From Alkalilimnicola ehrlichii MLHE-1 (GTDB lineage: Bacteria; Pseudomonadota; Gammaproteobacteria; Nitrococcales; Halorhodospiraceae): a stretch of 32,000 nt of DNA. Positions within the stretch are counted from its first letter, which is position 1; every line of letters begins with the position of its first letter. The stretch lies in the NCBI RefSeq assembly GCF_000014785.1, contig NC_008340.1, positions 1,830,001-1,862,000 of the forward strand, read 5' to 3'. Below the pieces are notes generated by a model that made no database searches, had not been told where the DNA came from, and saw nothing but the letters and a program-made list of their open reading frames with translations. A program made the translations under genes and the position numbers. Below, piece by piece: positions 16,372-25,738 of the stretch.

Positions 16372-17319
16372 ATGCAGATCAAACAGACCCCCGCCACCCC
16401 CTCCGGCCGGTCGGTGGCCGGCACCCTCTGCGGCGGCGCCGCACGGCGCTGGCTGTCCGTGCATGAGCATCAGGGCCCCGACCCTGAGCCCGGGGACAGC
16501 GAACTGTTCCGGAATATCGTGCGCTATTCCAGCGATGCCATCGTGGTCATCGACGAGGCGGGCACGGTGCGCTACGCCAACCCGGCGGCCGGACGGCTTT
16601 TCGGGCGCGCAGTGAATGCCCTGGTCGGCCGCCCGTTTGCGCTGTCGCTCGGTGGCAAGCGGGCGGAGGTGGACATCGTCCGCCCCAAGGGCGATCTGGT
16701 GGTGGCCGAAATGCACACCGCCCGCATCCCCTGGGGTGATCAGGTGGCCCAGCTTGCGATACTTCGGGACATCACTGAGTGGCGGGAGACCCTCTCGCGG
16801 CTGGACCACCTGGCCCGCTTCGATGCCCTCACCGACCTACCGAACCGCTCGGAATTACAGCGTCAACTGCGCAAGGCGCTGGCCCGGGCCAGTCGACGCA
16901 GCGCACCGCTGGCGGTGCTGTTCCTGGACCTGGACGGCTTCAAGGTGGTGAATGACACCCTGGGCCATTCCGCCGGCGACCGCCTGCTGCGGGAGGTGGC
17001 CATCCGCCTGCATGCCGCCACCCGAACCGGCGATCTCCTGGCGCGCATCGGAGGCGATGAGTTTGTCCTGGTACTTGAGGATTTCCACTGTGCCGAGGAC
17101 GCGGGCCAGGTGGCCAGGAAGCTCATCCGCACCCTGGAGCGCCCGTTCAAACTGGACGGCACCGAGCTGCGTCTGGGTGCCAGCATTGGTATCGCGCGCT
17201 ATCCGGACGATGGCAGCGGCCCGGCAGAGCTGGTCCGGGCGGCGGACCACGCCATGTACCGGGCCAAGGCCGGCGGCCGGGGCACCTACCGCTACGCCAA
17301 TGCACCCCATGAAGACTAG
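16372..17319 (+). CDS. PAS-GGDEF diguanylate cyclase
   Basis: The PAS domain is LFRNIVRYSSDAIVVIDEAGTVRYANPAA. The GGDEF domain has an intact active site RIGGDEF (17050..17064) and an I-site RTGD exactly 5 residues upstream. There is no obvious SD at the ATG, so the start is uncertain (alternative GTG at 16459). Confidence 0.85.
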   Translation: MQIKQTPATPSGRSVAGTLCGGAARRWLSVHEHQGPDPEPGDSELFRNIVRYSSDAIVVIDEAGTVRYANPAAGRLFGRAVNALVGRPFALSLGGKRAEVDIVRPKGDLVVAEMHTARIPWGDQVAQLAILRDITEWRETLSRLDHLARFDALTDLPNRSELQRQLRKALARASRRSAPLAVLFLDLDGFKVVNDTLGHSAGDRLLREVAIRLHAATRTGDLLARIGGDEFVLVLEDFHCAEDAGQVARKLIRTLERPFKLDGTELRLGASIGIARYPDDGSGPAELVRAADHAMYRAKAGGRGTYRYANAPHED

Positions 17320-17341
17320 CCCCGGGCCGGACACGGGACCG

Positions 17342-17375
17342 GCAAGCCGTTGTCGGCTTGCGGCTGGGGTTTTCC
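17342..17375 (+). terminator. Candidate intrinsic terminator after the first GGDEF gene
   Basis: Perfect 8-bp stem GCAAGCCG/CGGCTTGC (17342..17349 and 17354..17361) with loop TTGT, 23 nt after the TAG stop. A TTTT run follows at 17370..17373, but it is 8 nt from the stem, further than canonical. Confidence 0.4.
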
Positions 17376-17466
17376 ACATTAGACTTTCTGAATAGCCCAT
17401 ACTGCCCGCAGGCCGCTCCGAAGGTGTCCAACACCCGTATTCTCACTCTGGTTGCTCCCGGTACTG

Positions 17467-19365
17467 ATGGCCAGCACCCTGCTCGTTATCGGGCTGATCG
17501 CCACGGTCCGGTTCAGGGCCCGTCACGACGCTGGCCGTGACGTGGGCAACCAACCCCAGGCACTTCCCGATGAACCCGCGCTCTTTCAGAGACTTGCCGG
17601 GAACACCTCGGCCGGACTCTTCCTGGCCCGGGCAGATCGCCTGATCGCGGTCAACCCCGCGCTCTGCCGTATCCTGCGGTGCCCGCCAGAGCAGCTGACC
17701 GGGGCTGAATGGCGGCCGCTGATCCATTCCGACCACGCCGATGAGGTCGAGACCCACGTCAGCGCCCGCCTGCGCGGGCAACCGGCCAGCCCACTGCACC
17801 CGATCAGGGTCCAGCGGGGTGATGGCACCACCCGCTGGGTGGAGCTGAGCCTGGAACCGGTGGCCCTGGGCGGGGATCCCGCCATGGTTGGCACCCTCGT
17901 CGACATTGACCGCCACTGCGCGCTACAACAAGAGCTCCTGCTGAGTGAGAGGAAATACCGACAACTCGTTGAAAACGTAAATGATATAATCTATACATTG
18001 ACACCGGATGGACGCCTGAGTTACGTCTCCCCCAACTGGCCGGAGCTCCTCGGCCACCCGGTCGATCAGGTCATCGGCCGGCCCATTGCCCGGTTCGTGC
18101 ACCCGGACGACCTCCCCGGCTGCGAGGAGTTTCTCAGGCGCCTGTTCCTCACCGGCAAGAAGCAAAGCGGCATTGAATACCGGGTGCGGCACAGTGACGG
18201 TCACTGGCGCTGGCACACCGCCAATGCTTCACCCATCACCGGCGACGACGGCACCGTCATCGCCTTTGTGGGTATCGCCCGCGATATCACCGCCAGGAAG
18301 GGCATGGAGGCCGAACTGGTCTACCAGCTTCGGTTTAACGAGCTGGTCGCTGAACTCTCCACCCGGTTCGTGCGCAGCCCTGCCGAGGAGACCGATGCCC
18401 GGATCGACGATCTGCTTCGGCGGGCGGGCACCCTGTTCAATGCGGATCGGGCCTACCTCTACCTCTTCTCCGACGATGGCGAGACCATGAGCAACACCCA
18501 CGAGTGGTGTGCGCCCGCGGTCCCCTCGCTGTTGGAGGACAGTCAGCGGATGCCCGTCGCCCGCTACCCGTGGTGGCAGCGACACATGACGGCGCTGCGC
18601 GACCAGCACCAGGTGTTGTTCATCAATGACGTCTCAGCGCTGCCCGCCGAAGCAGCGGCGGAGCGGGCGCTGCTGGAGGGGCAGCAGGTGCGCACCCTGG
18701 TCTGTGCCCCGGTGGCGACGCCGGATCGGGTCATCGGTTTTTTGGGGTTCGACTCGCTGCGTCCCAAGGAGTGGCGGAAGGATCAGGGCGACCTGTTGGT
18801 CGTCCTCGGCAATCTCCTGGCCGCGGCACTGGTGCGACGGCAACTGGAGTTGGATCTGCGCAACCTGTCGGTGACCGACCCGCTCACCGGCCTGTTCAAC
18901 CGGCGCTTCCTGCGGGCGCGCCTGCTGGCGCTCATTGAGGAGTATGAGCGCCACGGACACCGGTTCTGTGTCAGCCTGGTGGACCTGGATCACTTCAAGG
19001 CCCTGAACGACCGTCATGGCCATCTGGCCGGTGACCGGATCCTGCAGGGCTTCGCCAACATCCTGCGGGACAATCACCGGGTGTTCGACATCGTCGCCCG
19101 CTACGGCGGTGAGGAGTTCGTGGTGATCCTGGTGGGAACCGAAATCGGGCAGGCGCGACGGGTGACTCGCCGCGCCCTGACAACCACCCGCAACCATGAC
19201 TTCCGTTTCAACGAGACCCCGCTGTCGATCACCGCCAGCGCCGGTCTCGCTGATATCGCGGAGTTGCCCGAAGACCACCGCACCGTGGAGCATCTCCTGC
19301 AACTCGCGGACCACCGCCTCTATCGGGCCAAGCAGCAGGGCCGCGACTGCCTGGTGGCCGACTAG
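17467..19365 (+). CDS. Membrane-anchored PAS-PAS-GAF-GGDEF diguanylate cyclase
   Basis: N-terminal TM helix (MASTLLVIGLIATVRF), two PAS domains (second: YRQLVENVNDIIYTLTPDGRLSYVSPNW...GIARDITARK), a GAF domain (...LFNADRAYLYLFSDDG...VIGFLGFDS) and a GGDEF domain. The active site is RYGGEEF (19105..19119), with I-site RVFD 5 residues upstream. The start is ATG 17467 or TTG 17452. Confidence 0.9.
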   Translation: MASTLLVIGLIATVRFRARHDAGRDVGNQPQALPDEPALFQRLAGNTSAGLFLARADRLIAVNPALCRILRCPPEQLTGAEWRPLIHSDHADEVETHVSARLRGQPASPLHPIRVQRGDGTTRWVELSLEPVALGGDPAMVGTLVDIDRHCALQQELLLSERKYRQLVENVNDIIYTLTPDGRLSYVSPNWPELLGHPVDQVIGRPIARFVHPDDLPGCEEFLRRLFLTGKKQSGIEYRVRHSDGHWRWHTANASPITGDDGTVIAFVGIARDITARKGMEAELVYQLRFNELVAELSTRFVRSPAEETDARIDDLLRRAGTLFNADRAYLYLFSDDGETMSNTHEWCAPAVPSLLEDSQRMPVARYPWWQRHMTALRDQHQVLFINDVSALPAEAAAERALLEGQQVRTLVCAPVATPDRVIGFLGFDSLRPKEWRKDQGDLLVVLGNLLAAALVRRQLELDLRNLSVTDPLTGLFNRRFLRARLLALIEEYERHGHRFCVSLVDLDHFKALNDRHGHLAGDRILQGFANILRDNHRVFDIVARYGGEEFVVILVGTEIGQARRVTRRALTTTRNHDFRFNETPLSITASAGLADIAELPEDHRTVEHLLQLADHRLYRAKQQGRDCLVAD

Positions 19366-19445
19366 GGGTTATCACGCATTACCCGCGCCCCGGCCGCCCC
19401 GTCATACTGTCAGCCACAGACCATGGCGAATCCCGGGGGAGCGTA

Positions 19446-21125
19446 GTGGCGCGTCCACTGAACCACACCATCACCGCGCGCCCCGGCCGGCCGTCCACCG
19501 CCGGCTGGGCCCGCCTGATGCTGCTCAGCGGCTCATTGGTCGGCCTCTACCTCCTGGTTGCCGTCTGGGGGTTTGCCTTCACCCCCGACCAATACGGAAT
19601 CCCGCTGGTCTGGCCGGCCACCGGCGTGGGGCTGGCCTTTGTCTTCCTCTACGGCTATCGCCTGGTGCCCGCCGTCGGGCTGGCGGCGGCGCTGGTCGGT
19701 GTCTGGTTCACCGGCGATCTCGTCGCCCCGCTGGAACAGGCCTTCACGGTGGTAGTCACGATGCTGGCCACGGCCTTGGGCACGGCAATCCTGCGCTACT
19801 GCCGCTTCGATCCCAGGATGGAACGGCTGCGCGACCTGGGCCTGCTGCTAGCGGCCGGCGGCGGCGTCAGCTCCGGGCTCGCCGCCACCGTCGGGGCCTA
19901 CAGCCTGGCGGCCAGTCCCGGCCCCCTGAGCCTCGCCCAAACCTGGTGGGTCTGCTGGAGCGCGGACCTGATGGGGCTGGTACTGATCTCGCCGTTCCTG
20001 TTCACCCTGCTGGGCGGACGCCTGGTCATGCCCTCAGGCGCGGACCTGCGCATTGGAATGATGCTGGTCACCGCCACCCTGGCCACCGGCGCGGTGGCTT
20101 ACCTGTTGGCGCTCGACCTGACCCTGGCGTTGCCCCTCTCCTACGCCGTCTTCCCGCTCGTCATGTATGCAGCATTGCGCTGCCCGGCGCCCATCACCAG
20201 TGGCCTCATCCTGGTGTTCGGGGGGCTGGCGCTGACCGCCACCGGGCTGGGTCACGGCCCCTACGCCGCGCTGGGGCTGGAGCGGAGCCTGTTGGCACTC
20301 AATGCCCAGTTGGGGTTGCTGGTCCTCACCGGCCTTTCGCTGACCGCGATCAGCGCGGAACGGGAGGCCGCTGAAAGTCGGGCGCGCCAACACCTGGAGG
20401 ATCTGGCACGCGCCGGGCGCATCAACCTGATGGGTCAGCTCTCGACCACTCTCGCCCACGAACTCAACCAACCGCTGTGCGCGCTGAGCACCTACGCCCA
20501 GGCCAGCCGCCGGCTGTTGGCCCGGGGTGATACCGAAGGCCTCGGCACCGCCCTGGAGCGACTGGAACAGAACGCCCACCGAGCCGCCCATACGGTCCGG
20601 CAAATCCGCGACTTCGCCGCGCGGCAGGACCTGGCGCATCAGGTGGTGGCCCCCGCCCACCTGATTGCCGGGGTGGAACGCCTGATGGCGCCCGAGTTCA
20701 CGCGCCGCGGGATCCATCTGAAGGTCAACGTCCAGCCCGGCCTGCCCCCGATACGCATCGCCCCCATGCAGATCGAGCAGGTGCTGGTCAACCTGCTGCG
20801 CAACGCGACGGAAGCCCTCGCCGGCCGCGCCGACGGGCGGGTGCGCCTGGCGGTCTACCGCCGCCGGCGGGAGTTGGTGCTGGAGGTCATCGACAACGGC
20901 CCAGGCATCCCGCCGGAGCGGCTGTCGCTGCTGTTCGAGCCCTTTACCAGCTGGAAGCGGGGCGGCATGGGACTGGGCCTTGCCCTTTCCCGTTCCTTGG
21001 TCGAATCTCATGGGGGCACATTCACCGCCCGCAACGGCAACGCCGGCGGGGCGGAATTCCGTTTCACTCTGCCATTGGAGGACGACCATGGCGACACCGC
21101 GACCTACGGTACATCTGGTGGATGA
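19446..21125 (+). CDS. MASE1-domain sensor histidine kinase
   Basis: A polytopic N-terminal membrane domain of ~300 aa resembles MASE1 (about 8 helices, ...PLVWPATGVGLAFVFLYG...). It is followed by the H-box STTLAHELNQPL (His codon 20457..20459), N-box LLRNATEAL, G1 DNGPGIP and G2 GGMGLGLALS. The start is GTG 19446 or ATG 19518. Confidence 0.85.
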   Translation: MARPLNHTITARPGRPSTAGWARLMLLSGSLVGLYLLVAVWGFAFTPDQYGIPLVWPATGVGLAFVFLYGYRLVPAVGLAAALVGVWFTGDLVAPLEQAFTVVVTMLATALGTAILRYCRFDPRMERLRDLGLLLAAGGGVSSGLAATVGAYSLAASPGPLSLAQTWWVCWSADLMGLVLISPFLFTLLGGRLVMPSGADLRIGMMLVTATLATGAVAYLLALDLTLALPLSYAVFPLVMYAALRCPAPITSGLILVFGGLALTATGLGHGPYAALGLERSLLALNAQLGLLVLTGLSLTAISAEREAAESRARQHLEDLARAGRINLMGQLSTTLAHELNQPLCALSTYAQASRRLLARGDTEGLGTALERLEQNAHRAAHTVRQIRDFAARQDLAHQVVAPAHLIAGVERLMAPEFTRRGIHLKVNVQPGLPPIRIAPMQIEQVLVNLLRNATEALAGRADGRVRLAVYRRRRELVLEVIDNGPGIPPERLSLLFEPFTSWKRGGMGLGLALSRSLVESHGGTFTARNGNAGGAEFRFTLPLEDDHGDTATYGTSGG

Positions 21126-21723
21126 CGATGAGGACATTCGCGAGGCCATCACCTTCCTATTGGTCGCCGAGGGGATCATGGTGCGCCCCTATGAGGATGC
21201 CGGCGGTCTGCTCGAGCGGCTGACCCCCAAGCACACCGGCTGCCTGATCCTCGACGTGCGGTTGCCGGACATGGATGGCCTCACCCTGCAACGGGAGCTG
21301 CGTCAGCGCGGTATCGACCTGCCGGTGATCTTTATCACCGGCCATGGCGACATCCCCATGGCGGTCCGTGCCGTCAACGACGGCGCGCTGGACTTTCTGG
21401 AGAAGCCCTTCCGTGACGATGCCCTGCTCGAGGCGGTGGAACAGGCCCTAGAGGTGGAGGCGGCCCACCGCGAGGACCAGCAACGCCGCGCAGAGATCGA
21501 ACAGCGCCTGGCGCAACTGACGCCGCGCGAGCGCCAGGTGTTGGAAGGGCTGCTGGACGGCAAACCGAACAAGCTCATCGCACGGGACCTGGATGTCAGC
21601 GTACGCACGGTGGAGATCCACCGGGGCAACCTGATGCAGAAAATGCAGGCCCGGAGCGCCTCCCACTTGGCCCGGCTCGCCCTGGTTTGTGACGCCTACC
21701 GGGAGCGACTGCCCAACGAGTGA
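21088..21723 (+). CDS. FixJ/LuxR-family response regulator (REC + LuxR-type HTH)
   Basis: The receiver domain is VHLVDDDEDIREAI...CLILDVRLPDMDG...VIFITGHGD. The HTH is LTPRERQVLEGLLDGKPNKLIARDLDVSVRTVEIHRGNLMQKM. The ATG at 21088 has GGAGGA 5 nt upstream. It overlaps the kinase 3' end by 38 nt. Confidence 0.9.
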   Translation: MATPRPTVHLVDDDEDIREAITFLLVAEGIMVRPYEDAGGLLERLTPKHTGCLILDVRLPDMDGLTLQRELRQRGIDLPVIFITGHGDIPMAVRAVNDGALDFLEKPFRDDALLEAVEQALEVEAAHREDQQRRAEIEQRLAQLTPRERQVLEGLLDGKPNKLIARDLDVSVRTVEIHRGNLMQKMQARSASHLARLALVCDAYRERLPNE

Positions 21724-21866
21724 CCGGGCACCCCGGCGAGGTCCGGCGCGGGTGCGTAATACCCCGTATTCCTGTGGTTGCGGCATTCCTGCATGCTGGC
21801 AGGCAAGTCCCCTGCCGGCCGAGCCCCGGCCGGGGCCACTCATCGCGCAGCCCAGGAAGGCCGAGC

Positions 21867-24341
21867 ATGCATACGGGCAACCCAGCGATCGCCCATCCGG
21901 CGCACACAGCCCCCCGAGGATGCCGGGTATGCCGGCGCATCACCGCTGTGGTCTTCGTGTCCATTATCGCCATTGAGGCCATTATCCTCTTCCCTTCCTA
22001 TCGGAACCACGAGGCGACACTGCTGGCGAACATTGAAGCCCAAGGGCTCGCCGCAGCCCGAGCGGGCCTGCCCTCCGGTCCTCACGACCGGCCGGCAATG
22101 GTCCATCTCCTGGACAACACCCCGATCGCCGGTATCGAGTGGCGGGAAGAGGAGGGACGCGCATCTTCTGTAGGTGCGCCCCTTGCGGCGACCGATGCCC
22201 GGCCGGAGGGTCGCCTGCCTGAGCCCCGCGAAGGGGGCCGGAACGGGGCCCTGATGGTCCACTGGACCCCGGAACAGCTCAACCGCGACTACGGCGTCCG
22301 GGCACGGCTGGACACGACCGGGATTGACGCCGAGCTGCGCGCCTTCCTGCTGCGCATCGCCGCCCTCGTCCTGCTGATCGCCTTGTTCGTCACCGCCGTC
22401 ACGCTGGCGGTGCTGGACCGGCTGGTATTCCGCCCCTCGCGCCGTTTGTACCGCCACATGTTGGCCGCTGGCGCCGACCCCGACCACCCCCTGGCCTACC
22501 GCCTCAACAGCAACAGGGACGATGAGCTGGGGGCCGCCAGCCAGGCCTTTGACCACATGCTGGAACGCCTGGCCAGGGACCGCACCGCACTCCGCCAGCG
22601 GGAACGGGACCTGCAGACCATGAACACCACTCTGGAGGCCCAGGTGACCAGGCGGACCGCCGCCCTCACCGAAGCCAATCACCGACTGCAACAGGAGGCG
22701 AAGGAGCGCCAGGCCGCTGAACAACAGGCCCGACGCCTGGCCCGGTTCCCCGATGAGAACAGCAACCCGGTGCTGCGGGTGAACCCCGATGGGGAGATCC
22801 TTTACGCCAACCCGGCCGCAATCCCCCTGCTCCGCCACTGGGAGGACGAACAACGGCTGCCCGCCGACTGGCAGCCCCGGCTCACGGCAGCTACGACGGC
22901 CGGCCGGGTCACGTACGAAGAGGTCGCTGTCCAGGGCCGCTGGTACCTGATGGCCATCAATCCGATCCCTGAAGAGGGTTATCTCAACCTCTACGGGGTC
23001 GATATCACCGACCGCAAGCGCTTTGAGGCGGAGCTGGCAAAGCGCAATACCGAGGACGCGCTGACCGGTCTGCCCAACCGTCAGGTGTTCCGTGACCGGG
23101 TCGGTCAGGCCCTCCGTGAGAGGGCGTCGGACCGCGGTCGGGCCGCCGTACTGCTCATCCGGATCGAGAACATGGACCTCATAAACGGCCTGGGAGGCCA
23201 CCAGGCCGGCGATCTCGTGCTTACCGCGCTGGCCCGACGCCTACGGCAAGCAGTTGCCCCCGATCAGACCCTGGCCCGTCTGGGCGAGGAGGTGTTCGCC
23301 CTGCTCATCCCCAAGGTGGCCTCGGTGGATGAGCTGGCACGGCTGTCCGAGCAACTGCTTGGGGTCCTCAACAGCAGTGTCACCTCCCAGGGCCATGAGT
23401 TCGCCAGTCGCGCTTCTGGTGGCTGGGCCATCTACCCCCATGACGGTGCCGACACCGCCACCCTGCTCCGGAATGCCCAGTTGGCCGCCCACCGGGCCAG
23501 CCGCCAGGGCGAGCGCCAGCGCTACCTGTTCTTCGTGGAGGGGCTGAACGAGGCGGTGGAGAGCCGCCAGCGGCGGCTGCGCGAACTCCGGAACGCGATC
23601 GATGACGGGGGGCTGACCCTCTGGTTTCAGCCCCAGCTCAGCAGCGACCGGAGGAGGCTGAGCGGCCTGGAGGCACTGGTCCGTTGGCCCCATCCCAGCG
23701 ATGGCCTCCTCGCCCCCGATGCCTTCATCCCGCTCGCGGAGGAGCATGACCTGATCATCCCCCTGGGCGAGTGGGTGCTCAAGGCTGCCTGCAGGCAACT
23801 CCACGAATGGCAGCAGTTGGGCCTGCCCGTACCACGACTGGCGGTCAACCTCGGGGCCCGTCACCTGCTCGACAGCCGCCTGCCGGGGTTCGTCGCGGAT
23901 CTGCTGCGCGACTACGAGCTGCCCGGTCACTGCCTGGAGGTGGAGGTGACGGAAAGCACGGTGATGGAGGACATCACCCGGAGCGAGGAGGTCCTCTCCC
24001 GGCTGGTGCGCCTGGGGGTCCAGGTGGCGGTGGATGACTTTGGTACCGGCCACTCCTCCCTGGCCTATCTCAAACGCCTGCCGATTCAACGCATCAAGAT
24101 CGACCGCTCCTTCATCGCCGGGCTCCCCGACGATGCCCAGGACCGGGCCATCTGCCGGACCATCGCCGACCTCAGCCACAGCCTGGGCTTGCAGGTCGTC
24201 GCCGAGGGGGTGGAGACAACCGCTCAGGCAGCGGCCCTGCAGCAGATGGGTTGCAATGACCTGCAGGGCTTCCTCCTTGCCCGCCCCGGCCCGATCACCC
24301 GGATCACCCATTGGCTGCGCCACGAGGCCCCCAGACCATGA
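21867..24341 (+). CDS. TM-periplasmic loop-TM-HAMP-PAS-GGDEF(degenerate)-EAL c-di-GMP phosphodiesterase
   Basis: Two TM helices (ITAVVFVSIIAIEAIILF and LLRIAALVLLIALFVTAVTLAVL) bracket a loop of ~110 aa. A HAMP domain, coiled coil and PAS-like domain (FPDENSNPVLRVNPDGEILYANPAA) follow. In the GGDEF domain the signature reads GEEVF (23283..23297) and there is no RxxD I-site. The EAL domain has intact motifs EALVRW (23670..), DDFGTGHSSLAYLKRLP, KIDRSFI, VVAEGVET and QGFLLARP. I prefer the ATG at 21867 (GGAAGG upstream). The ORF track starts at GTG 21720, overlapping the regulator stop. Confidence 0.85.
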   Translation: MHTGNPAIAHPAHTAPRGCRVCRRITAVVFVSIIAIEAIILFPSYRNHEATLLANIEAQGLAAARAGLPSGPHDRPAMVHLLDNTPIAGIEWREEEGRASSVGAPLAATDARPEGRLPEPREGGRNGALMVHWTPEQLNRDYGVRARLDTTGIDAELRAFLLRIAALVLLIALFVTAVTLAVLDRLVFRPSRRLYRHMLAAGADPDHPLAYRLNSNRDDELGAASQAFDHMLERLARDRTALRQRERDLQTMNTTLEAQVTRRTAALTEANHRLQQEAKERQAAEQQARRLARFPDENSNPVLRVNPDGEILYANPAAIPLLRHWEDEQRLPADWQPRLTAATTAGRVTYEEVAVQGRWYLMAINPIPEEGYLNLYGVDITDRKRFEAELAKRNTEDALTGLPNRQVFRDRVGQALRERASDRGRAAVLLIRIENMDLINGLGGHQAGDLVLTALARRLRQAVAPDQTLARLGEEVFALLIPKVASVDELARLSEQLLGVLNSSVTSQGHEFASRASGGWAIYPHDGADTATLLRNAQLAAHRASRQGERQRYLFFVEGLNEAVESRQRRLRELRNAIDDGGLTLWFQPQLSSDRRRLSGLEALVRWPHPSDGLLAPDAFIPLAEEHDLIIPLGEWVLKAACRQLHEWQQLGLPVPRLAVNLGARHLLDSRLPGFVADLLRDYELPGHCLEVEVTESTVMEDITRSEEVLSRLVRLGVQVAVDDFGTGHSSLAYLKRLPIQRIKIDRSFIAGLPDDAQDRAICRTIADLSHSLGLQVVAEGVETTAQAAALQQMGCNDLQGFLLARPGPITRITHWLRHEAPRP

Positions 24342-25738
24342 GCGATGGCTTCACCCACCTCCCCATGACCGGCCTGGTGATCGCCCTGGCGGCGGTGGCG
24401 CTGGTTACCTTGCTGATCGCCCCCCGGGTCAGTACCGCCAACGGGTTCTTCCGCGGTTTCGCCGACGCGGGCCAGCCGCCCGGCGTGCTCACGCTCACCC
24501 TCTCCCAGGTCACCACCTGGATCTTTGCCCGCTCATTGCTCAATGCGGCCATCCTGGGTTATTTCTTTGGCATCGCCGGTGTGCTCGCCTACACCGCCTA
24601 CTACGGCTCCTTTGTCACCGGCTGGCTGATCATCGATCGCCTTCGCTTCCGCTACGGCGCCTCCAATCTGCAGGGTTTCATGAGGGCCCAGTATGGCGGG
24701 GTGGGGACCTTCTGCCTGAACGGACTCCTGGCGCTGCGCCTGGTCAGCGAGGTGTTCGCCAACCTGCTGGTCGTCGGGATCGTCTTCGGCGCCGCCGGCA
24801 GCGCCGGCAACACCACCGCCATGCTGTCGGTGGCCGCCCTGACCCTGGTCTATTCCCTCACCGGCGGGCTCCGGGCGTCGCTGCGAACCGATGTCCTGCA
24901 GATGGTGCTTTTGATCGGTCTGCTCGCCGCCCTCGTGGTGGTCATGCTCCTGCATCCGCTCTTTGACCCCGGGGCGCTGGCGGTCAGCAGCCCCGGGATC
25001 GACAACCCGGGCTGGATCCTGCTGGCGGTCGCGGGTCTCCAGGTGCTCAGCTACCCCATGCATGACCCCGTCATGATGGACCGCGGGTTCCTCGCCGACC
25101 GCCGCACCACACGGCGCAGTTTTCTGCACGCCTTCTGGCTCTCGGCGGTGTGTATCCTGGCCTTCGGGCTGCTGGGGGTTTTCGCGGGCCTGCATCGCCT
25201 GGAGGGCGAAACCGTGCTGCTGACGCTGGACCGGCTGATGGGTACCCCCGTGATGTTTCTCCTGGCGGTGGCGCTGGTCCTGTCGGCCGCCTCGACCCTG
25301 GACTCGACCTTCTCCAGCGCGGCCAAACTCAGCATCGCCGACATGGGACTGGCCCGGACCACACCCCGCAACGGCCGGATCGCAATGCTCCTGTTCTGCC
25401 TGGGCGGGCTGCTACTGGTGCTGTTCGGCACCGACGACCTGTTCGCCGCCGTGGCCGTCAGTGGAACCGCGTCGCTGGCGCTCACACCGGTCATCGCCTT
25501 CTCCCTACTGGCCGGCTGGCGGCTTAGCCGGGCCAGTCTGCTGACCTCCTTTACGCTGGCCTTCACGGGCGCTGTCGTCTACTTCCTGGAGACCTCCGGG
25601 CATATCGACCTGCTGACCCCCCTGACCGGGCTGGAGCACGACTACAGTAAGCTGCTGGCGATCACGGTCACCATCCTGGTTCTTGCCACCGCGGCGGCCT
25701 GGCTTGGCCGCCAGGGCCGCATGGAGGTCGTGAAATGA
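24338..25738 (+). CDS. Sodium:solute symporter (SSS) family-like transporter, substrate unknown
   Basis: 466 aa with about 12-13 hydrophobic segments. The SSS-type signature is LVYSLTGGLRASLRTDVLQ. The ATG at 24338 overlaps the EAL gene stop (ATGA). Confidence 0.75.
   Translation: MSDGFTHLPMTGLVIALAAVALVTLLIAPRVSTANGFFRGFADAGQPPGVLTLTLSQVTTWIFARSLLNAAILGYFFGIAGVLAYTAYYGSFVTGWLIIDRLRFRYGASNLQGFMRAQYGGVGTFCLNGLLALRLVSEVFANLLVVGIVFGAAGSAGNTTAMLSVAALTLVYSLTGGLRASLRTDVLQMVLLIGLLAALVVVMLLHPLFDPGALAVSSPGIDNPGWILLAVAGLQVLSYPMHDPVMMDRGFLADRRTTRRSFLHAFWLSAVCILAFGLLGVFAGLHRLEGETVLLTLDRLMGTPVMFLLAVALVLSAASTLDSTFSSAAKLSIADMGLARTTPRNGRIAMLLFCLGGLLLVLFGTDDLFAAVAVSGTASLALTPVIAFSLLAGWRLSRASLLTSFTLAFTGAVVYFLETSGHIDLLTPLTGLEHDYSKLLAITVTILVLATAAAWLGRQGRMEVVK

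Noticed and set aside
21768-21791. Direct repeat ATTCCTG (21768..21774 and 21785..21791) downstream of the FixJ-type regulator gene, considered as a regulator binding site
   Set aside because: Two 7-mers 17 nt apart can arise by chance. If the EAL gene really starts at GTG 21720, this is coding sequence. No known FixJ/LuxR box is recognisable.
13994-21866. N-terminal extensions in ORF-track calls (for example 13994, 15930, 20980, 21720; likewise 8220, 9745, 10537, 11861 on the minus strand)
   Set aside because: The extensions are Arg/Pro/Cys-rich, lack SD sequences and overlap upstream genes or promoters. Internal ATGs preceded by GGAGG-type SDs match the N-termini of known family members.
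21840-24323. Two long minus-strand ORFs (453 aa and 360 aa) opposite the GGDEF-EAL gene
   Set aside because: Same GC-shadow explanation. The plus-strand frame carries complete HAMP/PAS/GGDEF/EAL motif sets, and the antisense products have none.
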